Shown here piece after piece: positions 9,831 to 18,872 of a stretch of 64,000 bases of DNA. Both the position numbers and the translations under genes were made by a program. The stretch's first letter is position 1. Every line of letters begins with the position of its first letter. The stretch spans positions 2,528,001-2,592,000 of the forward strand of contig OY762492.1 in assembly GCA_963665845.2 (NCBI GenBank). The letters are read 5' to 3'. The notes below the pieces were generated by a model that did no database searches, had not been told where the DNA came from, and saw nothing but the letters and a program-made list of their open reading frames with translations. The stretch is from Candidatus Poribacteria bacterium. Its GTDB lineage: Bacteria; Poribacteria; WGA-4E; GCA-2687025.

Positions 9831-10847
9831 TTATTCCCACGGATGGAGAATGATCTTGGCGCACTGCTTGGAGGCGGAGGTCTCAAACGCTTCCTGTATC
9901 TTGGTCATCGGAAAGCGGTGGCTGATCAGCAGCTCAATCAGATCGGAGCGCTGAACGATGCGCATGATGTCCTGTACGCCGCTCAAGTTGTAATGCCATG
10001 AACCCATGACGGTGAGGCCTTTTCGGATCAGGTCGGGGCTGGCGCGGAGAGAGAGCTGCGCGCCGGACTCTCCGACATAGGCGACTTTCCCGCGCCGGCG
10101 CGTCGCGTCGATGCCTAGACGCTCGGCGTTCACATTGCCGGAGCAGTCGAGCGCGTAGTCGACGCCGACGCCGTTTGTGAGTCCGCGTATCTGGTCGAGT
10201 ATGTCGTCGTTGCGCGGGTCGAGTACCGCTTCGGCGCCCATCTGGGCGGCGCGCGTTTGCCGCCACGGTTCCAGGTCAACGCCGATGACGCGCGCGTTCA
10301 GGAAACGGGCGTTCACAACGGCGCCGAGGCCGACCGGACCCAGTCCGGTGATCAAAACGGTGTCGTACGCCCTCACCCCCATTTTTTTGAATGCCTCGTA
10401 AGAGGGTCCGAGCGCGCAGACCGCCAGCGAACCGTAATCGTACGAAACGTCGTCGGGAATGGGGGACAGGAGCCAAGCGGGTTTTAAAAGGTACTGCGCG
10501 TAGGTGGCTTTTCCTTCAGGTCCGCCGGTGAACTGGTCGAAGTTGTGGCCGTTCTGGCAATGGATGAAGTCGCCCGTGACGCACAGCTGGCATCGTCCGC
10601 ATGGGTACTGCGGCTGAACGACGACGCGGTCGCCGACATTGACGCCGCACGGCTGCGCCACTTCGACCACTTCGCCCGCCGCCTCATGCCCCATATACTG
10701 CGCAGGGCGCCCCCCTAAGAAAGCGCCGTATTCGGTACACATGGGGGTGGAATGGATCTTGACAAGCGCCCAGTCCTTAACAGGCTTCGGATCTGGGACG
10801 TCAATCAGCCCCGCGTTGCGCGGTCCGAGTATCGCAACTTTTTTCAT
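9831..10847 (-). CDS. Zinc-binding alcohol dehydrogenase (MDR family)
   Basis: GHEAAGEV, C-x2-C-x2-C-x7-C structural Zn site, GLGPVG; RBS before ATG 10847. Confidence 0.92.
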   Translation of the reverse strand: MKKVAILGPRNAGLIDVPDPKPVKDWALVKIHSTPMCTEYGAFLGGRPAQYMGHEAAGEVVEVAQPCGVNVGDRVVVQPQYPCGRCQLCVTGDFIHCQNGHNFDQFTGGPEGKATYAQYLLKPAWLLSPIPDDVSYDYGSLAVCALGPSYEAFKKMGVRAYDTVLITGLGPVGLGAVVNARFLNARVIGVDLEPWRQTRAAQMGAEAVLDPRNDDILDQIRGLTNGVGVDYALDCSGNVNAERLGIDATRRRGKVAYVGESGAQLSLRASPDLIRKGLTVMGSWHYNLSGVQDIMRIVQRSDLIELLISHRFPMTKIQEAFETSASKQCAKIILHPWE

Positions 10848-10927
10848 TAGCGCCCTTTCCATGTTGATGCGGTCGCGTCGGCTGCAACGGCACTATAACA
10901 GAAAATGCGGGGCGGGGGAACTGGCGC
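10799..10927. repeat. 129-bp direct repeat copy 1 (dehydrogenase 5' end and upstream region)
   Basis: Matches 15971-16099 with one mismatch. Confidence 0.95.
10892..10900 (-). promoter_or_regulatory. Extended -10 promoter (TGnTATAGT) for the dehydrogenase-sulfatase operon
   Basis: Minus strand TGTTATAGT about 45 nt upstream of ATG; duplicated at 16064-16072. Confidence 0.5.
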
Positions 10928-11038
10928 GGTTTTGTTAAGCGGGGCGGGAATCTAGAAAAGGCGCGTTTCCTGCGCAGATAAGGCTGGAAAGGGAAGGCAT
11001 GCCCCCGCCGGCGCGAGGGCATGAACCTTCCCCGATTG

Positions 11039-12121
11039 TCATTCGCCGTCTTGCGAAGTTGGGCTATTCGGGCTGCTGTCCGCTTTTTTCACCGCTCCCC
11101 ACTGCGCTTTTTTTTTACCGGCTGGATCGACGGAGAGGAAGCGGCTTTTGCCCGCTAAAACCCAGGACCCGAACACGGCGTTCACGCCTTCGGGCGTAAC
11201 GCGAACGATCTCCTTCGTATCCACATTCACCCGCACCACGCGAAAGCCAAATTGTACGTTGTCCGGATTCGTTCCATATAAGAGCCACTTGCTGTCCGGA
11301 GACCAAGCCGTGAGTTCTATCCACCCCTTGACCGGTGTGATCAGCTCTATATTGGAACCGTCCGGATTCATGATAGAAATGCCGCCAAAACCTAGAAGCG
11401 CGATCTTTTTGCTGTCCGGAGACCACACAGGGGAAATTTCAGACGAATCGGGGGTGTTGGTGATGTTTCTCAGACCCGTTCCGTCCGCGTTCATGATGAA
11501 AATGTCGCGTTTGTGAGTGTGGTGGAACGGCTCCTTCACGTTCGTAGAGAATGCGATTTTTCCGTCCGGAGACACGGTTACCTGACTTTCCGACTTGCCC
11601 GCCGTGTTCGTGAGGTTAACCATCTTGCCTGTGGTGATGGTCAGCATATAAATCTCTCTGTGCGGACCATGAGGCGGCAGGAAGGCTCCCCCGACCGCGC
11701 AAACCATCTGCCTGCCCCCGGGCATCCATTGGCTGCTAAGTATTTCGAATTCGCGCCAAAAGTCGAAGCCCATTGTCTGGATGATCCTCTTGTCCATGTT
11801 TATTTCTTCCCCGGTTCTGAGGTTCAGAACATATTTTCCATAGAACTTATCCGGAACGCCGCCGGCGACAGAGACGTATTTGCCGTCCATGCTCCATATC
11901 GGAAGTCCGTATTCTCCCTTCAGCCAGAGCCGGTTGTTTTGACCGTCCCAGTCGATCAGGTACACGCCTCCTTCGGCTGTATAAGAAATGGTCGGCTTTT
12001 CCAGCTTCGTCACATCTTCGAGCGGTTCAAGATCGTTTCCGACAGCGGCGGCGGAGAGCAGAGCGAACAGACCCGCCGCTATGAAAACGGCGCAGCGTTT
12101 TGAAAATTGAGCGGTTGTCAT
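11039..12121 (-). CDS. Secreted TolB-like/PD40 beta-propeller protein, copy 1, with C-terminal VDPxGK..WG.VK motif
   Basis: Signal peptide; WSPD/SPDG repeats; IFIMNADGTGLRNIT. Confidence 0.85.
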   Translation of the reverse strand: MTTAQFSKRCAVFIAAGLFALLSAAAVGNDLEPLEDVTKLEKPTISYTAEGGVYLIDWDGQNNRLWLKGEYGLPIWSMDGKYVSVAGGVPDKFYGKYVLNLRTGEEINMDKRIIQTMGFDFWREFEILSSQWMPGGRQMVCAVGGAFLPPHGPHREIYMLTITTGKMVNLTNTAGKSESQVTVSPDGKIAFSTNVKEPFHHTHKRDIFIMNADGTGLRNITNTPDSSEISPVWSPDSKKIALLGFGGISIMNPDGSNIELITPVKGWIELTAWSPDSKWLLYGTNPDNVQFGFRVVRVNVDTKEIVRVTPEGVNAVFGSWVLAGKSRFLSVDPAGKKKAQWGAVKKADSSPNSPTSQDGE

Positions 12122-12217
12122 GCCGAGCTCCTTTCTGGGAGAGGCGCCGCGGACGCGAATATCCCCGTATGAGCGTACTGCCCTGCGCCCTTCAGCCGCA
12201 AAATCCCCGCCGGCGCG

Positions 12218-13300
12218 TCAGTCGCCGTCTTGCGAAGTTGGACTATTCGGGCTGCTGTCCGCTTCTTTCAACGCTCCCCATTCCGCTTTTTTTTTACCCG
12301 CAGGGTCAACGGAGAGGAAGCGGCTCTTGCCCGCTAAAACCCAGGACCCGAACACGGCGTTCACGCCTTCGGGCGTAACGCGAACGATCTCCTTCGTATC
12401 CACATTCACCCGCACCACGCGAAAGCCAAATTGTACGTTGTCCGGATTCGTTCCATATAAGAGCCACTTGCTGTCCGGAGACCAAGCCGTGAGTTCTATC
12501 CACCCCTTGACCGGTGTGATCAGCTCTATATTGGAACCGTCCGGATTCATGATAGAAATGCCGCCAAAACCTAGAAGCGCGATCTTTTTGCCGTCCGGAG
12601 ACCACACAGGGGAAATTTCAGACGAATCGGGGGTGTTGGTGATGTTTCTCAGACCCGTTCCGTCCGCGTTCATGATGAAAATGTCGCGTTTGTGAGTGTG
12701 GTGGAACGGCTCCTTCACGTTCGTAGAGAATGCGATTTTTCCGTCAGGAGACACGGTTATCTGACTCTCTGATTTGCCCGCTGTATTCGTGATGTTGACC
12801 ATCTTGCCTGTGGTGATGGTCAGCATATAAATCTCTCTGTGCGGACCATGAGGCGGCAGGAAGGCTCCCCCGACCGCGCAAACCATCTGCCTGCCCCCGG
12901 GCATCCATTGGCTGCTAAGTATTTCGAATTCGCGCCAAAAGTCGAAGCCCATTGTCTGGATGATCCTCTTGTCCATGTTTATTTCTTCCCCGGTTCTGAG
13001 GTTCAGAACGTAATCGCCGTAGAACTTGTCCGGGACGCCGCCGGCGACAGAGACGTATTTGCCGTCCATGCTCCATATCGGAAGTCCGTATTCTCCCTTC
13101 AGCCAGAGCCGGTTGTTTTGACCGTCCCAGTCGATCAGGTACACGCCTCCTTCGGCTGTATAAGAAATGGTCGGCTTTTCCAGCTTCGTCACATCTTCGA
13201 GCGGTTCAAGATCGTTTCCGACAGCGGCGGCGGAGAGCAGGGCGAACAGACCCGCCGCTATGAAAACGGCGCAGCGTTTTGAAAATTGAGCGGTTGTCAT
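12218..13300 (-). CDS. Secreted TolB-like/PD40 beta-propeller protein, copy 2
   Basis: Nearly identical to 11039-12121 at a 1179-bp period. Confidence 0.85.
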   Translation of the reverse strand: MTTAQFSKRCAVFIAAGLFALLSAAAVGNDLEPLEDVTKLEKPTISYTAEGGVYLIDWDGQNNRLWLKGEYGLPIWSMDGKYVSVAGGVPDKFYGDYVLNLRTGEEINMDKRIIQTMGFDFWREFEILSSQWMPGGRQMVCAVGGAFLPPHGPHREIYMLTITTGKMVNITNTAGKSESQITVSPDGKIAFSTNVKEPFHHTHKRDIFIMNADGTGLRNITNTPDSSEISPVWSPDGKKIALLGFGGISIMNPDGSNIELITPVKGWIELTAWSPDSKWLLYGTNPDNVQFGFRVVRVNVDTKEIVRVTPEGVNAVFGSWVLAGKSRFLSVDPAGKKKAEWGALKEADSSPNSPTSQDGD

Positions 13301-13396
13301 GCCGAGCTCCTTTCTGGGAGAGGCGCCGCGGACGCGAATATCCCCGTATGAGCGTACTGCCCTGCGCCCTTCAGCCGCAAAATCCCCGCCGGCGCG

Positions 13397-14497
13397 TCAT
13401 TCGCCGTCTTGCGAAGTTGGGCTATTCGGGCTGCTGTCCGCTTTTTTCACCGCTCCCCACTGCGCTTTTTTTTTAACCGCTGGATCGACGGAGAGGAAGC
13501 GGCTTTTGCCCGCCATGACCCAGCGCGGGTCGCGCCCCCCATTGACCGTCAGCTGAACAACCTCCTTCGTTTTCACATCAACTCGAAAGACATTCCAAAC
13601 CTCATTTGGCTTCCATTCGCCTGAAAAGTACACAAGCCACCGCCCGTCCGGCGACCAGCAGGGGGCATGATCCCAGTTCGGGCTGGTTGTCATCTGCTCT
13701 ATGTTGGATCCGTCCGCATCCATCACGAAGACGTTGAGATCGGGAAATTCGGTGCCGATGTGCGCCGTGAAGGCGATCTGTTTCCCGTCCGGCGACCATG
13801 CAGCTATCTGGGCGTAATTGGTCGCTCTTTGATGGGGAGGACGGGTGAGGCGGGTCAAGCCGCTTCCGTCCGCGTTGATCGTAAAAATATCCCGCGCGCC
13901 GGTACCTGGATTAGAGTCGAACACTATTATGTCCGCCGTCGGCGACCACGAGGGGGTTTGGCTGATATCTCGCGGCGCTTTTGTCAGATTCGTCAGCCGC
14001 CCCGACGAAATATGCATCTTATAAATATCGGAGTGTGATTTGCCGATCCCCCCAGGCAGCACATAGCCTGAAAAAGCGAGCCAACGGCCGTCGCTAGACC
14101 AGGAGGGGGAGATGAGGCTGTATTCGCCATCGAAACGCTTTGTTATGTTTTCGGATCGATTCGTGGACAGATCAAGCACAAAAGTTGCGTAATTCCATGT
14201 TTCGCGGTCAAAGGCGACGATGGCGGCGCGCTTGCCGTCCGGCGACCACTCAACGCCCCCAGGAAAGCGCGTTCGCCCCCTCTTGTCTTTTATCCAGAGT
14301 CGGTCGTTCTGTCCGTCCCAGTCAATGAGCCGCAACTCGTAATCCAACATAGAATTGTAAACAATCGTTGGTTTGTTAAGCCGCAGAACATTCTCTTTGG
14401 GCTTTGGCAGCTGCGTCTCGGCAGACATCTCGCAGTAGAAGACTGACAACAGCGCGACTGCCAGAACGGCCGTCTTGAAAGCGGCAGCGATTCGCAT
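13397..14497 (-). CDS. Secreted TolB-like/PD40 beta-propeller protein, copy 3 (divergent body)
   Basis: GAAAGGAG RBS before ATG 14497, signal peptide, WSPDG repeats, tail almost the same as copy 1. Confidence 0.85.
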   Translation of the reverse strand: MRIAAAFKTAVLAVALLSVFYCEMSAETQLPKPKENVLRLNKPTIVYNSMLDYELRLIDWDGQNDRLWIKDKRGRTRFPGGVEWSPDGKRAAIVAFDRETWNYATFVLDLSTNRSENITKRFDGEYSLISPSWSSDGRWLAFSGYVLPGGIGKSHSDIYKMHISSGRLTNLTKAPRDISQTPSWSPTADIIVFDSNPGTGARDIFTINADGSGLTRLTRPPHQRATNYAQIAAWSPDGKQIAFTAHIGTEFPDLNVFVMDADGSNIEQMTTSPNWDHAPCWSPDGRWLVYFSGEWKPNEVWNVFRVDVKTKEVVQLTVNGGRDPRWVMAGKSRFLSVDPAVKKKAQWGAVKKADSSPNSPTSQDGE

Positions 14498-14511
14498 TGC
14501 CAACTCCTTTC

Positions 14512-15864
14512 TCAATCTTTTGGAAGAGGAACGCCGTCAGAGCGGGGTACTGCGTTATCGTCCAATGTAGGTTCGTGCATCATGTAGCTGGGCGAAGGAA
14601 TGCTGGGAACGATAGGATAGCGAGGCCCGTCAAGATCGTCTAGATGCGGCAGCTGTATCTGAGCTCCGTTGTCATCATTTTGATTGTCCCAGCCGCTGTG
14701 AAGGTTGGTATATCCTTGGACGGCATAATAACGCCCATCAGTAAGCGTCTTCATGTGCGGTACTGGGAATGAGAAACTCGTTTTGAATGCAATTCTGTCG
14801 GGAATTGCGCGATCATACGTCACGCCAAAATTATTCCAGACCGCGCCCGGCGCATCAAACTTTTCGTACCAGGAGGCTCGTCCGCGCATCTCTGTAAGGA
14901 TTTTTCCTGGACGGTCGTTGTAGTACCAGACCGTGTGAGAAGTGACAAAAGTGTAATTGTCGCCGCTAGTCTGAGCAATGGAATCCAGCGACAGATCGAC
15001 ATACCACCAAAGAAGCCCAAGATCCTCATAGACGCGGACATCGCGCGTCCAGGAATCGGAGCTTGCGTCGCGCGGCATATCGTTCTCCTTGATGTTTCCC
15101 CATATTATGGGGACGTTTGCCTCTTCCGATGCAGGATCATTGAGAAAAACGGTCGCGCTGATCGTATGTATTTTGCCGCCGTCTTTGGGCGACCCGTCGC
15201 CCGACACAAATCGATGAGGAACGCGGCTCTCTGTTCCTCCGCTGGTATCCTCATCAATCAGCTCTTTCCCGTCATACCATCGGACCGTATGAAACGGAAT
15301 GTTTGTGGTGAGCGTCAGGTCAAATTCTTCACCTACCGCGAAGCTGGACTGAAACGGCATCGATTGGATCCGTATCGGTTTCCAGACGGTGATGGTTTTT
15401 TCGGCGGCATCCTCATTTCCGTTAGCATCCTTGACGACCGCTCTGACGGCGACGAGGTTTCCGTCTGTTGAGCCCATGTTGTCGTACGCGTAACTGAACA
15501 CGCTTGTTCTGGCTGTGTTGTTGTCTGTCCACTCATGACTGCCGGCTGTCCATGTGACGCTGACAAAGTCCACATTGGTGTCGATTCGCATGGAGTGCGA
15601 TTCCCCTTCGATGGCGTCGGATGTGCAGTGGTAGGGGCCGATAGAGGCGATCTCAATCGGCGGCGGCGGCAGAACTGGCGGAGCTGGCGGAGCTGGCGCA
15701 GCAGCGTTGGCTGGCGCGCCGACGAAGAAAGCGGATGTTGCCGCAGCGAGGAAGACCAAAGCGGCTTTCACCAGCCGACTGACGCGGGGAAGGGACACAG
15801 CGGACGAGTCATGACGGTCGGTTCGTCCAAGAAGCGCGGACATGAGGTTTCGTATGCGTTTCAC
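14512..15864 (-). CDS. Hypothetical exported protein with Pro-rich linker and beta-rich (Ig/PKD-like) repeats
   Basis: Hydrophobic segment plus APAPPAPPVLPPPP; internal similarity IDTNVDFVSVTW / LTTNIPFHTVRW. Confidence 0.65.
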   Translation of the reverse strand: MKRIRNLMSALLGRTDRHDSSAVSLPRVSRLVKAALVFLAAATSAFFVGAPANAAAPAPPAPPVLPPPPIEIASIGPYHCTSDAIEGESHSMRIDTNVDFVSVTWTAGSHEWTDNNTARTSVFSYAYDNMGSTDGNLVAVRAVVKDANGNEDAAEKTITVWKPIRIQSMPFQSSFAVGEEFDLTLTTNIPFHTVRWYDGKELIDEDTSGGTESRVPHRFVSGDGSPKDGGKIHTISATVFLNDPASEEANVPIIWGNIKENDMPRDASSDSWTRDVRVYEDLGLLWWYVDLSLDSIAQTSGDNYTFVTSHTVWYYNDRPGKILTEMRGRASWYEKFDAPGAVWNNFGVTYDRAIPDRIAFKTSFSFPVPHMKTLTDGRYYAVQGYTNLHSGWDNQNDDNGAQIQLPHLDDLDGPRYPIVPSIPSPSYMMHEPTLDDNAVPRSDGVPLPKD

Positions 15865-15931
15865 TTGATCGTTTCTAGACGGTTCATGCCGCCTGCATAC
15901 ACCTTACCATAAGTCGTTCGCCCGTGTTGCC

Positions 15932-16099
15932 GCCTTTTTGCCGATGCGCCAAAAAACGAACGCGCCGCCGCGTCAATCAGCCCCGCGTTGCGCGGTCCGA
16001 GTATCGCAACTTTTTTCATTAGCGCCCTTTCCATGTTGATGCGGTCGCGTCGGCTGCAACGGCACTATAACAGAAAAGGCGGGGCGGGGGAACTGGCGC
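15932..16099. repeat. Chimeric junction: copy of 18831-18878 fused to copy of 10799-10927
   Basis: Direct sequence identity to both loci, overlapping at TCAATC. Confidence 0.92.
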
Positions 16100-16277
16100 A
16101 AATCGGTTTATTCCGATGAAATTCTTTTGGACACGGGCGACTCGTTGCGCTATTATATACGTGTGAAACGACTAATTGCGCTGGAACTCGAGAAGCCGGT
16201 GATCCCGACAACTGGAGACTCAGCGGAATGCCAAACCGACAGCCCGTCCTTTTGGACGGAAACAGAAAGGAAAGCTG

Positions 16278-16757
16278 ATGGGACAGAAGGATTTCTACGA
16301 AGACCCTGTGGTTGATCTTCGCTGGCGCGAAGGGAAGGAGAGACTGATCGCTGCTGCTAAAGCGCTGCAGAAAGCGGCGGGCAGCATGTTTGCTCATGAC
16401 ATGCGTTGCGCACGGGAAGGCAAATTCTCGGTCTACGCATATAACAGGAAGGCATACGAAAAAACATGCCCCGAAGAGTTCGCTGAGTTCCTAGCGGCGT
16501 GCAAGGAAGAGGCTCCTGAGCTGGCTCACTACTACTCAGATGAGTTCCGCCAGCACTGGCGGAACAAGGCAAAGATTCGGAGCACGGATGCGGAACTGCG
16601 AGAGCAGAGCGTGGACGAGCCGGCATGGCAACTCTCTCTCGTCCTTGACGATGATCGTTTCTGGTACAAGCTTTACATCGAGGCGTGCAGGGATCGAGAC
16701 GAGGAAGCGTATCAGGAATGGTTTCAGCGCAACTGGTTACGTAATCTCCGCCCATAG
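16278..16757 (+). CDS. Hypothetical protein
   Basis: 159-aa ORF with GAAAGGA RBS; no recognised motif. Confidence 0.6.
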   Translation: MGQKDFYEDPVVDLRWREGKERLIAAAKALQKAAGSMFAHDMRCAREGKFSVYAYNRKAYEKTCPEEFAEFLAACKEEAPELAHYYSDEFRQHWRNKAKIRSTDAELREQSVDEPAWQLSLVLDDDRFWYKLYIEACRDRDEEAYQEWFQRNWLRNLRP

Positions 16758-16815
16758 AAATCAGAGACGCCTGATGGCATTGACCTTCTGAAAAGCAAGG
16801 GGTAATAGGATCGGC

Positions 16816-16849
16816 GCGCCCCGCTGGATCGCGCGTTACAGCGGGGTGC
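16816..16849. terminator. GC hairpin between convergent genes
   Basis: gcgccccgctg...cagcggggtgc; no clear U-tract. Confidence 0.3.
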
Positions 16850-16855
16850 AGACGC

Positions 16856-18283
16856 TCATTTCCGCGAAGATTCAAGCCGGGAGAGCAGATACTCTTGCGA
16901 GCGGTCGCCTTTGACCGAATTGCACGCCGCGCACAGCAGTTGCAGGTTCTCGTAGTGGTCGGAGCCGCCCTTGCTGCGCGGTACTTTATGATCGATGGTG
17001 AAATTCCTAAACGGAAACATGAATTTACAACCGCCGCAGCGACCCTCCTGCTCGCCGAACAGACGATGCTTATGCGTCCGATAATTCGGCAGCGCCCCCT
17101 GATCCGTCCGCTGCGGTATGTCCGTCCGGTGTATAAGTGGATGCTGCGAAAACAGCAGCGGGTTGTCCTGCTCTATGCGCGTCTTCACCAGCTCCGCCGC
17201 CTTCGCCGACAGGTCGATGCCCGCCCATTGACGACTCAGACGCTCCGCGGCGACGCACGCTGTCGCGCAACCGCAGAACGGATCAAGAACGAGGTCGCCC
17301 GCGTTGGACGACGCCCGAATGATGCGGTCTAGCAGCACCAACGGCTTCTGCGTCGGATATCCAACTTTCTCCTTTGATCTGGATTTCAAAGCCCCTATGT
17401 CGGCAATGATGTCCTGCGCAGCCATGCCCTTCATCTCATCAAGATACTGTTTAAAGCTGGGTACGGAGCCTCTCGGCGGCCAATAGATCCTGCCAATTTC
17501 ATCCAGGTACTCCAACGCTTCGATGGTCGATTCAGGAACATTCTCCGCCCCTGGAAAATTGCGTGGAATTGCCCAATGCCGCCCTTTTGAAGTGGGATCA
17601 TGACCGCGCCATGGTTGACCAGATTCGCCGTCTCGCGTTCCTGCGCCGGTCAGATCTCCCGTCTTGTACTTTCGTCCGTTGGCGTCTTCGCGTCGAAAAT
17701 TGTTTTTAATGTAGTCCTGATCATAAGGCTGATAAACGCGATTCCATCGGTATTTTTTGGATTTGGAATAAAACAGCAGAACATCATGAATGGGTCCAAA
17801 TCGGCGCGCTCCAGAATGCGCGCTGGTTCGTTTCCAAACAATTTCATTTCGAAAATTGTCCCGCCCAAAGACAGCGTCCATGATCAGTTTCAGATAATGG
17901 CTCGCCGTCGGGTCGCAGTGGAGATAGAGGCTGCCTGTGTCTTTCAGGATGCGCTTCATCTCGATCAGGCGAACCGCCATCATGATCGTGTAGGACTTCA
18001 TGCCGGATCCGTGCGCCGCGCCTGCCGCGTCGATGACGGCATACAAGGCAGGTTCGCGGTCGGCGATCTCGCCGTGCCATGCGAGGTCAATGTCGTCCAG
18101 CGTCCATGTATCTTTGAACGCGGCGCCTGCCGCTTCCGAGCCAACAGGCGCCGAGTATGTCCTGTTGGAGTTGAACGGCGGGTCTAGGTAGATCAGATCG
18201 ACGCAGTCGGAGTTCATGCCGCGCATGATGTCCAGGTTGTCGGCCGTCCACATGGTACGGTTGGCGAAGTTGGCGACGGTCAT
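16856..18283 (-). CDS. N6-A/N4-C DNA methyltransferase fused to C-terminal HNH endonuclease (paralog A)
   Basis: DLIYLDPPF (motif IV), GYPTQKP, VLDPFCGCAT (motif I), then CGGC..DHKVPRSKGG..NLQLLCAACN. Confidence 0.92.
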   Translation of the reverse strand: MTVANFANRTMWTADNLDIMRGMNSDCVDLIYLDPPFNSNRTYSAPVGSEAAGAAFKDTWTLDDIDLAWHGEIADREPALYAVIDAAGAAHGSGMKSYTIMMAVRLIEMKRILKDTGSLYLHCDPTASHYLKLIMDAVFGRDNFRNEIVWKRTSAHSGARRFGPIHDVLLFYSKSKKYRWNRVYQPYDQDYIKNNFRREDANGRKYKTGDLTGAGTRDGESGQPWRGHDPTSKGRHWAIPRNFPGAENVPESTIEALEYLDEIGRIYWPPRGSVPSFKQYLDEMKGMAAQDIIADIGALKSRSKEKVGYPTQKPLVLLDRIIRASSNAGDLVLDPFCGCATACVAAERLSRQWAGIDLSAKAAELVKTRIEQDNPLLFSQHPLIHRTDIPQRTDQGALPNYRTHKHRLFGEQEGRCGGCKFMFPFRNFTIDHKVPRSKGGSDHYENLQLLCAACNSVKGDRSQEYLLSRLESSRK

Positions 18284-18284
18284 T

Positions 18285-18656
18285 TTATTTGTCGATGATG
18301 AGCGATAACGCTTGAAAGATGACGCCGATTGCTGCTAGCGTTGCCGTTATGCACACCAATGCAATCCCAATGAGCCACCTGAAGTGGGCTGTAAACTTGT
18401 CATTTTGCTTATCAATACGATCGTGAAGTTTCCGCTCAAGCGCATCGCGTCGCTTGTGTTGTTCGTTATTGGCTCCGTCAAAGCGCTCTGTGAGTTCATC
18501 GAATCTCTTATAGGCGGCGCCTTGAAACTCCTCCACCCGTCCCATCCGTGCCTCAACGCCTTCGGCGGCGCTTCGAAACCCAGCATTCACTCTCTCATTG
18601 AGAGCTGCCAGTTGACGCTCAAGCGTGTCGACTCTTTCCCCGACCTTATCGTTCAT
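18285..18656 (-). CDS. Coiled-coil protein with C-terminal TM anchor (DUF1640/CCDC90-like architecture)
   Basis: Heptad-rich body, RWLIGIALVCITATLAAIGVIF tail; AGGAAGGA RBS before ATG 18656. Confidence 0.65.
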   Translation of the reverse strand: MNDKVGERVDTLERQLAALNERVNAGFRSAAEGVEARMGRVEEFQGAAYKRFDELTERFDGANNEQHKRRDALERKLHDRIDKQNDKFTAHFRWLIGIALVCITATLAAIGVIFQALSLIIDK

Positions 18657-18725
18657 GTTGCGCGTCCTTCCTGTTTGGATGCCCCTGATCATACAACAGA
18701 TTTCTGTTTCGTTCAAGGCATTCGT

Positions 18726-18840
18726 CTGACCTTACGTCTTTAGTTGGGACATTCCGTTCGGCGAGCGCGGATGTCATCTGCGGCGCCTCTGGATTCCCGC
18801 TTACGCGGGAATGACGGTCTGGTTAGCGGAGCCTTTTTTG
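18726..18840. mobile_element. MITE family A, truncated copy in reverse orientation
   Basis: Starts ctgaccttacgtctttagttgggacat; contains palindrome; second end missing. Confidence 0.6.
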
Positions 18841-18872
18841 CCGATGCGCCAAAAAACGAACGCGCCGCCGCC

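Noticed and set aside
11039-13300. Diversity-generating retroelement TR/VR pair
   Set aside because: Differences are not adenine-specific, many are synonymous, both copies are full genes, and there is no reverse transcriptase
12122-13396. Integron attC sites in the identical spacers
   Set aside because: No RYYYAAC/GTTRRRY box pairing recognised and no integrase; explained by tandem duplication
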